Below, in pieces: positions 45,062 through 55,972 of a stretch of DNA of 64,000 nucleotides. The notes beneath the pieces are model-generated. The model was not told where the DNA came from and searched no databases. It saw only the letters and a program-made list of their open reading frames with translations. The position numbers and the translations under genes were made by a program. The DNA comes from Gekko japonicus. Taxonomy: Eukaryota. Numbering within the stretch: position 1 is the first letter of the stretch; every line of letters starts with the position of its first letter. Location: positions 647,729 through 711,728 of the forward strand of contig NW_015169174.1 of assembly GCF_001447785.1 (NCBI RefSeq). Reading direction: 5' to 3'.

Positions 45062-48000
45062 AGGCCCCATTATCAGTTATTTTCTTGCTTCCATAAAATG
45101 TTTAGTATGGAAGTCATCAATGAAAACTACTTCTTAAAGTGCTGTGCCATTTATTACCTACGGCCATGTAGGAAAGTTAAGAGTCCATGTTTATTGGCTA
45201 TTGATTACTACTAGTAATTTTCTATGCACATGTTAGAGATTTGCCATTATATGCCAATAAGGCAATTCTGTATAGAGTATCCTCTCTTTGAAAAGAGCTA
45301 ATTTAGAAAGATACGTAAAAAGTGGTTTAAATAGTAATATACTAAAAGGTAAAGTAATAAAACTTTAAATAAGACTACTTGGAGTCATTATTCAAGTGTT
45401 AAAATTTCTTTTTTTTCATGCCATGGAGCTTATTTTACTATCTGTAGCTGCTCTTTCCTTTCTCAGTTTTTTCCCCTCTATCAGGGTTTAAACATTTCTT
45501 GTTTCAAAAGGGTGACAGTTTATGCCACTAAACGTTTCAGGGAAGAATTTCCCACAAAAAAAATATCCTCTTCATGTCCGTTTGCTGCTGTCCACAGCAC
45601 TAATTGGCTGCAGTACCATGTTGGTTGTTCCATTGGCTGTGCAATGGTATTATACCTACTCAAATGTGATTATGTGTGATGGTCACTGAGGGCTAATGAA
45701 ACTAGTTTAGAGCAAGGACACGACTTAGAACAAAGGGTTATTTTGAACAAAAGAATGGCCCAAAGTTACAGTTATGTGCGATTCCAAAGATGCTCACAGT
45801 GCCAGGTGGTAAGTAGTGCAGGTTTGATTATGTGTTTTTGTTGTGTGGGGGTGCACATATGTAATGACACCCCATGGGAAATGAACACTGAAAATAAACC
45901 TCTCTAAAATATTGCCAAAGCCAAGCTTGCATTTCTGCAATCGAAGTAGGATGTTAAACTTTCCTTCATTTGTGAGTATGTTCCACATATGCTTGACATG
46001 ACCCAAAGCCTGAGAGGGAGAACCCTGTGCTGTGTAGGCTGTAATCTCAGCTGTGAGTTCCCTGGGAGGGTTTTATATAATGCTTTGCAGGGCTGTGATT
46101 AACTACCGCCTCAGTTGATATGCTGATTAGTGCTGTGCCTTAGAGGTAAGCCCCACATATTTTCACTAGCATTTCATTCTGTGGGAGATTTTAAAGATAC
46201 GCTAGGGTTTTCAGTGACATAACATTATGCTGGTGTTGGTGTACTTGTGGTTGGAGAGGCGAGGAACAATGCTTCCTCTTATCACTCTACACTGTGCTGT
46301 GAGCAGAAATTCTACCTCGTGAGTGAAAAAAGCTAGTAGCATTAAAGTTGTGAACGAGTCTACATTTGACTATTACAAAAATTATTTTTAGAAGATTATT
46401 TCCATAACCTGGTAAAGATCTCAGAATGAGTTCTTATAGTACATGTAGATGAAACAAAATCCATGTAATGGGGCCATGTATAGAGAAGGGGGATTTCACG
46501 ACAAACATGGGACAAAGCCCCAAAGTTTGCAGAAATATCTTAGAAGAGAAAGGGGATCTTGAATTGTTTAAACTGAGATGTTGTGATGTTATTTTTGGGG
46601 CTGCCTAACAAACCACATAAAAATATGATCCATCAGCTCCAGTCAGAGCGGTGGCGACAGGCAGGCTTGGTGCAGAAATCCTGTCCTGTGCACTTCATGC
46701 TCTCTTGCCACTGGTGTTAGTTGGCTGATGGATGGAGGGGAAAGCATGCCCCCCCCCCCACCAGCATCAAGTCAGCATTCATCCCTCCCTGCTGCCCAGC
46801 GCAGAAGAATCAGGAGAGAGAGAACATGGAGAACTAGAACAAGGTGGAGGGAGGTGGCAGAGAATGTAAAAACTTGGATAAGATTGCTATCTCCTGCAAA
46901 TCTTGCACATCCCCAGCTTGTCATAAAAACAGAATGAAAAAGGATAAAAATATTATGATCCCAGTTGCTTCATTAGGAGTTAGTGGGCAGTAACATTTTA
47001 AAACATGAAATGTTGGTTGTTTTATATGAAAGATTCGGCCCTGAGATTCTGTAGTCAGTCTAATGTTCCCTCCGTGTATGCATCAGTATGCCAATATATT
47101 AGCTAAGTCTCATGATATCCTCCACCTCCATAAACTGTAAAACATACTAAGGAAATATGTGATGAAGGATGACAACGGAATCAGATCATAACTTTGACCA
47201 TTCATGTGTAAAGGTCTATGTTTAGAACATGTAGAGAAGGATAGCTACCCCTGTGCCCCCGTTTTACCTCACTACACTCTTTTTCTTCTAACCATGATCT
47301 GATCTAGGAGCAGCCAAGGGGAGCTTTGACTTTTGAAAGCTCACACCCTGAAAATGTTGTTGGTTGTTAAGGTGTTACTATGAACAGCCCCTGCTATGGA
47401 CACTACTCATTGTGTAAGGGCTGTTGCCTGTTCATGGTTTCCATCACCTGAATAATACTTTCTACAAAAGCTGCATATATTCTCATGACCAGTGATGGGG
47501 GGTGATACACCCACTAGTGGTAAGATTTCTCCAGCAGAGCAGCAGATGATATAAACAGGACCATGCAATGTGTACCACAGTTAGTGACAACTGAGACTTG
47601 CTTCCTTCCTTTTAGCTGACAAGCCACCCAGTCCTTAATTACATAAACAGATAGTAGGCTGAGGGGGTCAGCTGGACTGCCATTCATTCCTTGCCTTGTT
47701 TACAGTTTCTAAGTAACACTGATTAAGGAAGATAGGTTTCCATGGGGATCTTCCACAGTAGCGGGTACTGTTGCAATGCCATGCTATTGTTTGCTGTAGG
47801 TGGGGAAAGCTTAGGAAAACTGAAGTGTATGACTACTCAATAACAAGGACTTTGTACTGCTGATGACAAAAGGAAGGGCAGGTTGGGGGCTTTTATCAGC
47901 ATCCTCATAGAAACGGCACCATGTGTGTGCTTGCTTTGCATCTACAACCTGATATACGTGCCTACAACTGTTTATAAGAAAGAGCCATATTCACTCTACA

Positions 48001-48211
48001 TATGAAACCAGGGATATGAGATTTAAATAACATGGTCAGCTGACATCTGTTGAATGTAGTACTAGAATTACTGAACTCATATGTAAAGAAAAATAAAGTG
48101 TACATAGATTATATGTGTGTCCACTGTAACTTGTGAACAGGGCTCCAGTTCCAAAACCCAGAGTGGTGTTAATGCAAGCTCATCAAGTGGATTCATTACT
48201 CAAGATCACAC

Positions 48212-48993
48212 ATTCATTTATTTATTTATTATTACCTTAGATTTACTATACCACCCTAACCCCCGAAGGGGTCTCTGGGTGGTTCACATTTTTTCGTTCT
48301 AAGAACTGATTATTCCCTATCTTGGGCCACAACTAGGATGGGGGGGGGGGCTGTCCTACCGGCACCCTCGGTGGTATATACTCTTTCTTCTGCTTCCTTG
48401 GCTCGGCTCGGCGTCTATTTCTTTGGCGGCTAGATCAATCCAGTTCGTTCTCTGCTGCTGGGCCGGCGCGGCGTCCCTTCCAGGCTCCCAACACTCCCTT
48501 TTTCCGGCAACCACGGCAGCTCCACACAGGCGCACGGCTTTCTGAGCGCTTCCGTCCGGCTTCGTCCATCAGGCACCGCCTTGCCTGCGTCATTCGTCGT
48601 GCGCCTCAGGATCCTGCCGTCGCCGCCTGCTGTTGCTTCGATATTCCTATTGGCCACTAGGGATCGCTCTCCCTCACTCCGCTCTGCTCCGTTCTGCCAG
48701 CACCTGCCGCTGCCGCCATTGCTGATGTTGCGCCGTTGTCCAGCTCGCCAGCTCGCTGTTGTCTGTCGCCATCTGCCATACCGTTCGTATTAACATCATG
48801 CCTCTTTCGTCAGAGGTGGGTGCCCCCTACCCCTCTAAGGGCAGGTACCCATTTGTCTACTTGCATCAGATGTTAATTAGCTTTCGACCCGCTGGGTTGC
48901 CGGGAGCTCACTCCGGCCACGGTGGTATTCGAACAGCCACAATAGCTGCTCTTAGTTGTTAATGCAGGCGTTTTACCGCCTGCGCCACCGCTC
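48212..48993 (-). mobile_element. Second full-length copy of the chimeric SINE
   Basis: Same head, core and tail as 44379-45061 but a largely different CpG-rich body. Confidence 0.8.
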
Positions 48994-49091
48994 TTGCTCA
49001 CAATCAACTCAGACAGCTGAAGCATAGACACAGTACAAGGGCGGCCTGGATCCCACACCTACACTCACTCTGCATTCAGGATGTACTAAAG

Positions 49092-49523
49092 CAGGGGTGT
49101 CAAACATGCAGCACGAGGGCCAGATGAGGCCCCCGGAGGGCTTCTATCAGGCCCGCAGAGGAACTGGCTGTTTTCTTCTTCTTTTTCCAGTTCTGCTGCT
49201 GCTGCTGCGTCATCGTAGGTTGCAGCTTACAGGTACAAACCTGAACGGCATACTCAAGATTGCAACAGCACAGACATTTTGATGCAATAATTCAGAGCAA
49301 GAGGTGTCAGTTATCAGACACTGTTAAATAAAATATTGTAAGAGTGCTAATGTTTTAAGCATGTTTTTATTTTAAGTAAAAAAAAAACCTTTGTGTTTGT
49401 GTCCTTTATAAAGTTTATATCTCCGCTACCTGGCATTACTTTTTATGACACACATGGCCTGGCCCAACAAGGTCCCATTTATGTCAGATCCGGCTCTCAT
49501 AACAAATGAGTTTGACAACCCTG
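49092..49523. mobile_element. hAT MITE (CAGGGGTGTCAAAC family)
   Basis: TIRs CAGGGGTGTCAAAC / GTTTGACAACCCTG and 8-bp TSD TACTAAAG. Confidence 0.9.
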
Positions 49524-49965
49524 TACTAAAGGGATGGCAAGTCTGTCTACCATAAGGTTGTCAACCTCCAGGTAGCACCTGGAGAGCTGCTTTTACAACT
49601 GATCACCAAACAACCAAGATCAGCTCCCCTGGAGAAAATGGCTGCTTTCACCCTGCTGAGGTCCCTTCCATTCCCAAACCCTGCCACCCCCACCCCCCAA
49701 ATATCCAGGTATTTCCCAACCCAGAGCTGGCAACCCTAATCATGGGAGAGGGATTCTACCATTGGAATGCCCGACCTGTACTTTTGGAATGTGTGGGATA
49801 AGGACAATCACTGTTGTGTCTAGACAAGGCTGCTATCTTTTCAACTAGATACTTCAGCTATGTATTTCATTTGCAGCAATTAGCAATGACTTTTACCAGC
49901 TGAATTCTGACTATCCAGTGCCTCTTAAAACCATAATCACTCCAGGATGGGGTTGTTTTGTGTCC

Positions 49966-50007
<42 letters not shown>

Positions 50008-50499
50008 CCCCCCTGATCACCAGATTACAGAGATCAGTTCCCCGCAGGAAATATCTGTGGAAACGGCACTCTATGGCGTTTATACTATGCTGTGGTTCGT
50101 CGCTTCCCAAACCTCGCCCTCTCTAGGCTCCACCCCCAAATCGCCAAGATTTCCCAAACCAGAGTTCGCAAAACTTTACCTGTGGCAGTAAAACAGTCAC
50201 CAACTTATTGAAAGACATAAAACTTAAGTGAACCACTGGTACGTGTGTGCGGGGGAGATAGTCTAACACATTTTATTAAGTGATGCTTTTATTGATGATT
50301 TATTAATTGGTTTTTACAAAACTACCAACCTGCAGCTTCTGTATTATAAGGCCAACAATTCGTGCAGGGAAATTATCCTAGCGTTTACGCCTTCCTGTCA
50401 CACTCAGGGTCATGCAAGGCGGAACCCACAGAACTTAACGCCCCAGATGGCTTTGCGCACTGTATTACTTTCTTGTCCACTTTTTGGTCTATTCTCCTA

Positions 50500-50651
50500 A
50501 AGCCCGCGTGAGGGCGTTACGTGTTTGCCATATTCGAACAGACCAATGGCTGGGTGAAGAGGCGGAGCTTAGTAGGTGGGACTACTTTGTAAATGACCAA
50601 TTGGCTTTTGGCATTGAACGGCCAATGGGACCGCAGAGCGGCCAGTATGAA
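50500..50651 (+). promoter_or_regulatory. CpG-rich promoter with three CCAAT boxes (cell-cycle-gene type)
   Basis: CCAAT at 50543-50547, 50597-50601 and 50622-50626, GC box near 50560, GCGG-4nt-TATGAA (CDE/CHR-like geometry) at 50638-50651, YY1-like AAATGGCG over the ATG. Confidence 0.75.
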
Positions 50652-50692
50652 ATGGCGGAGTCCGTTTTGAAGGGAGATCGAAGAGCTTGCAG
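50652..50692 (+). CDS. ARHGAP19: Probable first coding exon of Rho GTPase-activating protein 19
   Basis: aaATGGCG start, MAESVLKGDRRAC+AG then a GTACTG donor (phase 2). Identity is inferred from human gene order and orientation (ARHGAP19 co-oriented downstream of RRP12, short phase-2 exon 1, long intron 1). The peptide is too short to confirm and exon 2 is not seen in the window. Confidence 0.5.
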
Positions 50693-50932
50693 GTACTGAC
50701 AGTTGGAGGCTCCCTCGCGAAAAAGCGGAGATGGATCGGCAGCAAGTTAGTGGGGCTTGTAGGAATCTTAGATGTACTGCACCGATGCTCAGGGAGGCGG
50801 GGAAACGTTTTTTTGGGGGCCCTCCCCGCACGCCCGCGGCCGTAACTTTTTAAAGAGCCCCTACCACTGGTATGTGTGTGGGGGGGGGGGGGCTCTAACA
50901 CTCCTTTGATTAAGTGATGCTTTAAGTGAAGG

Positions 50933-51207
50933 NNNNNNNNNNNNNNNNNNNNNNNNNNNNNNNNNNNNNNNNNNNNNNNNNNNNNNNNNNNNNNNNNNNN
51001 NNNNNNNNNNNNNNNNNNNNNNNNNNNNNNNNNNNNNNNNNNNNNNNNNNNNNNNNNNNNNNNNNNNNNNNNNNNNNNNNNNNNNNNNNNNNNNNNNNNN
51101 NNNNNNNNNNNNNNNNNNNNNNNNNNNNNNNNNNNNNNNNNNNNNNNNNNNNNNNNNNNNNNNNNNNNNNNNNNNNNNNNNNNNNNNNNNNNNNNNNNNN
51201 NNNNNNN
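50933..51207. other. Assembly gap
   Basis: Run of N. Confidence 1.
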
Positions 51208-51864
51208 ACCTCCCCATTATTCCCTATGGGCAGTCATGGATTCTCTATTGGCAATTATGTACCCCACTAGAAATAAGGCCCGTTGTGGAAGTAAATACAA
51301 CGGGATCTAGAAAGAGGCTCTGGGAGAGTGCTCTGGCTTTGGGCAAACAGTGTCAGTCTGCTTTTAAAACATGAACCTGGGACCTGCACGCCACCAGAAT
51401 ACAGCAGGTTCCATATGTAACTGACATTCCAACTGCCTTGCGGGGGGGGGGGGTTGAGGTGTGGAATGGAGTGAAGTCCAATCAGCTTCCATATGCAAAA
51501 GACCAGGTTGTCGCAGCAGTTGTGGTGTGGGCGGGACCCGGGCTTTGCCTTCTGATTGGTGGCGATATATGCTGAGGAGCAGTGCCATCAGCCATACACT
51601 AAGGGAGTGCATTTTAGAATTAGAACTTTGGCACCCACTATTCAATTATATATAAGGAGAGAGGAGAGATTATTCCCTATGGGCAAGCGACCTCTCCATT
51701 ATTCCCTATGGGCAGTCATGGATTCTCTATTGGCAATTTTGGATTCTCTATTGGCAATTATGTACTCCATTATCCCCAATGGGCAAGCGACCTCTCCATT
51801 ATTCTCTATGGGCACTCATGTATTCCCTATGGGCAACTGCTGTCCTTAGTTTTAGTACATCCCT
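51208..51864. repeat. TTCCCTATGGG tandem array interrupted by a Helitron
   Basis: Same units and terminal sequence as 16317-16530. Confidence 0.85.
51267..51669 (-). mobile_element. Complete non-autonomous Helitron (403 bp)
   Basis: Minus strand 5' TC ... hairpin CCCGTTGT-10nt-ACAACGGG, 8 nt, then 3' CTAG. Inserted between A and T with no TSD, and excision restores the host repeat unit. Confidence 0.9.
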
Positions 51865-52994
51865 TACTCCACCATTCAATCTTGGGCTTGCTGGGTAAAA
51901 TTGGCTTTTCCCCTTTCTGTCATGCTTTTGTGGAGCTGCAGTGACATCTTCTGGCAGTCCCAAATTGCTACATTAACAGTACAGTCCTAAGCAGAGATAC
52001 ACCCTTCTAAACCCATTCATTACAATGGATTTAGAAGGGTGTGTGCCTATGTTTAGGACTAGAGTGTAACTCTGGCAACATCTATAAATATGGGAAATCC
52101 CTTCTTGTCTTCTAGAAGGCTTCTGAACAATGGAAGCATTTACCACTTTATCTAGTACTTCTGATGGTATAGCTAGAAGTCATTCTTTAACCTGTATTCG
52201 CAATTGTACTACTTCAAAAGCCAGTATGCATCTATTCATAGAGGCCATTCTGACAACTCCACTTGTTCATTTTGGGTACATCTTAGCTTTCTGTCTTAAG
52301 CATCACCTAATATTGTTCAGACCAGATCAATTAGGTGCCACACCACAGCATTTGCAAATCGTATGTCTAGATAATTGTGTTCTTCCTAGATTTTTGTTGA
52401 CTGTTTAGTAGGCACTTTAAACATATGTACTTCTGCAAAACTAGATGCACTTTGGTATGCTTCTGAGAGGATGGTGAATGTGGGAAGATAGCTGCAGCTT
52501 GAAACATCTAGACTGAGTGGTTTTTTCTTTCTCCTGGGCATGGCTAGGGGTGCAAGCAGAAGGGCTCTTGGCCTGTGCCTTGCAACCCTTGGCCAGATGG
52601 ATAAACCTGGTGGTCGCCAACCCAGGATGTCGTACTTTTTGTGCTTTCTTTTTATACTGTGTTATATATGAGCTTGTTTCAAAGTATATATCCTGTAAGC
52701 CTCTTTGGGTCCCCAATGAGAGAAAAAAACAGGATAAAAATAATTAACAGGGCTGTGCTGTCTTAGCAGAGGATAATCTTTTTCTCTGTGGCTTTGCTCG
52801 CTCTTTCAGGTATAGTGCTTGCTTTCTGAAGCCATATTTAATTTTAATCAACTCTTGGGATGCAGAAACTGAACATGAGGTTGGCAGGGATTAATGGATG
52901 CTGCTTGCTTACCTCTGCTTCTGTTGTATCTGTTGCTGGGGGAACTAACTGTTGGCAGTCTTGCTGCTGCTGCTTGGAGTGCCCGTATAGAAGA

Positions 52995-53800
52995 ATTTAT
53001 TTATTTATTTATTTTTATTGTTCGATTTATATTCCGCCCTCCCCTCAGGCTCAGGGTGGCTAACAATTAGGGCTCAAGGCCATGCTTAAAACAGTTAAAA
53101 ACAAGATAAAACAATACAATAATACGGTGAAGTGCTGGTGCTCCAAATATCCATGATTCCAAGATGGGTTCTGGCAAGATAGACCCAAAACAATTATGTA
53201 AGTTCCAAAGCGACGCTGCCATCCAGTCTTCATCCCAGGGCTGTCTAGCACCCTGATGGTATCCACACTTTTATGGTGGCGGTGCGCTGGTGGTATAGTG
53301 GCGGCGGCTCCTACTCAAAGGCCTGGCAGAAGAGCTCCGTCTTGCAGGCCCTGCGGAACTGCGCAAGGTCCTGCAGGGCCCGGATCTCCTCCGGGAGCTC
53401 ATTCCACCAGGTAGGAGCTGCCACCAAAAAGTCCCTGGCCCTGGTTGCCGCAAATTTGACGTCCCTGGGGCCCGGGGTAACCAAAAGATGGAGGGCCCCC
53501 TACCGTAGTGCCCTTGGGGGAACATATGGGGAAAGGCGGTCCCTTAGGTATGCTGGAAGAGTTGGATTTATACTCAGAGTCTCAGAGTGGCTTACAATCT
53601 CCTTCCCTTCCTCTCCCCACAACAGACATCCTGTGAGGTAGGTGGGGCTGAGAGAGCTCTGAGAGTACTGCTCTTGAGAGAACACCTCTGAGAGAACTGT
53701 GACTGACCTATGGTCACCCAGCTGGCTGCATGTAGAGGAGTGGGAATCAAACCTGGTTCTCTCAGATTAGAATCCGCTGCTCTGAACCACTACACCAAAC
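52995..53800 (-). mobile_element. L2 3' fragment (about 52995-53552) abutting a Squam3-like SINE (about 53555-53800)
   Basis: Minus-strand PAYLRDRLSPYVPPRALR L2 peptide with (TAAA)n tail, then Squam3 core and head. Confidence 0.8.
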
Positions 53801-55972
53801 TAACTTGCATTGGATCAGAGTCTCCAACCATTTTGAACTGTGGGTACAATCACGAAATGGCTGCTGCAGGAGGTGGAGGCAAGTACACAGAGGAAGCTCA
53901 AGTGCAGGGAGAAGAGTGATAGTTTGCAAATATACTGGGAAAGAAGAGTGAGAGAATAAAACCAACTGACACCATGGTGGCAGCTGCTGCTGTAACCATA
54001 TTTTAATTTGCACAGTCAGTCAGATTTCCAGTGGCTACCCAAAAGCCCTGCTAGGCAAGAGCAGTATGTGACCCACTTTCTAAAAACATTTGGTGGGTAT
54101 TGGGAAATAGGTTGTTGGGCACCATGGTGCCCATAAGTGCTAAGTTGGGGACACCTGCATTAAATGAATGATCCTTTCTCTTTTACGGAGAAGAGGGTGC
54201 TTTCTACCCTGAACTTGGAACCTCAACTCTTGAATCTCTCAAAATTGTACAAAGGAATAAAGCCAACTATGGTGAAATTGGTTTGATGTCAAAGCCTATA
54301 CTACTGCTGTTTCTTCATCTTCTTTTATCAAAATTTCTCATCTAAAGTTACTGTAACCTTGGCTGTGACAGAAGGATTATCTGTGTAAGATGAAACTAGT
54401 AGAGAAAAACAAACCAAAGACCCTGTGCACACTTATGAGCCAAGGCTACAAACGGAAACTGGCTGCTTGATTGCATTTGAACACATCTGGTATTGGTCTG
54501 TGACTCTTGACACTTGTACATAGTCAAAATCTTTTTCTTTATCAAGCTTAGGAAGATGTATTTTAAAGGCTCAGAAACCAGGAAGAAATTTTAAAATGTA
54601 AAAATACTACTTATGTTTTACCATGCATAGTTAAACCTCTGTCTTTATCTTCCCCTCACCCCAAACTGAAAAACCTTCATCATTTTGGTTGCCTTTCCCC
54701 CTTATAATGTTATTTCTGAGACAGGATGAGTAGAACTGTACACAGTGTTATTGATTCATTTATTATTTATTTGATTCATACCCCACCCTCCCTGCCAAAG
54801 CAGGTTCAGGGGTGTTCCAAAATAAGGCTCACCATAGATCTATTCATGGGAATTAAAATCCAATCTGTTTTATTTATTCCTTTTTTATCCTATCTTACCT
54901 CCCTTACCTTACAGAAACCATGTTGAGTAGGTCAGTCTGAAAGAAAGACTGGCCTAAAGTCACCCAGTGAACCATATGATTCAGCAGGGATTTCAGCCTT
55001 GGACTCCCCAGTTGTACTCTGATAACCTAACCACTATACCATGCTGACAAGCATGTGTCACCAGGCACTCATGCTGTATCATATTGGTTGTAAAGCCACT
55101 AGGGAATAAGCAGTCAGGGTGAATATATGTGCAGTTATCTGGCTTGGGGTACCAGTGCCATATCTCGTCACAAGCTACTGGCTCTGTAATATCAGGATGG
55201 AGAATGCACTGTAGAAACAGCTGCCATAGTGCTGTACTGTTAAACACAGCACAGAGCTACAACAGTGTGGTTGCTGCTTATCTCTTCACTGCAAGCCTTG
55301 AGTGATACAGGCATTTGGGATACCAGGAGTGGGGGGATGATGTGGCGGTAGCAACATGGGGTGGTGGTGATGAAGGAAATAAAGGAAAAAATGTTTGACC
55401 TCCCCCTTAGTAGATTTGCAAGGCCAGATTAGTTATCTCTTAAACATTTTCAATTGATTATGCTTGTTAGATAGTTCTCTGCTATTTTTGTTCTGATTGT
55501 GCACAGCCCTGTTAATTATTTTTATCCTGTAGTCCCCTTGTTAAAATAACTTAGAGATACTATATACATGGGAAAAATAATTGTACTACAAAGGCTTGCT
55601 GCTCGAGTAATCATGCAGTAATTGTTGCCAGTAAGCATAAATGGGATGTATGAAACAGTACAGTGGGTACATGTTAATGATAAATTGATGCTTTAAGAGG
55701 AAAACAACAACACCCAGCACAGTACTATTTTTGTTTCAAGACGCAGCTTAAATTTATATGAGAGAACTGGGGTAAGTCAGGAGCTGAACCCTTTGTTCTC
55801 AGTAGTTATTAACAAATGTTGACTAGTTCTTTAAATGGTAGTGATATTTCAGAGCAAGCTATCAGGTCTATAGGTTGGTGCTCAGTTTGACACTTTCAAA
55901 TTCATATGGTTAATTAGTACTAGAGACGGAGCTCTCTGCCTTTTTGTCCACTATGTAAGCAGCAGCAGTTCT

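Noticed and set aside
44429-48793. Two GC-rich ORF patches at the syntenic position of FRAT1/FRAT2
   Set aside because: No FRAT motifs in the translations, and both are enclosed by SINE head and tail.
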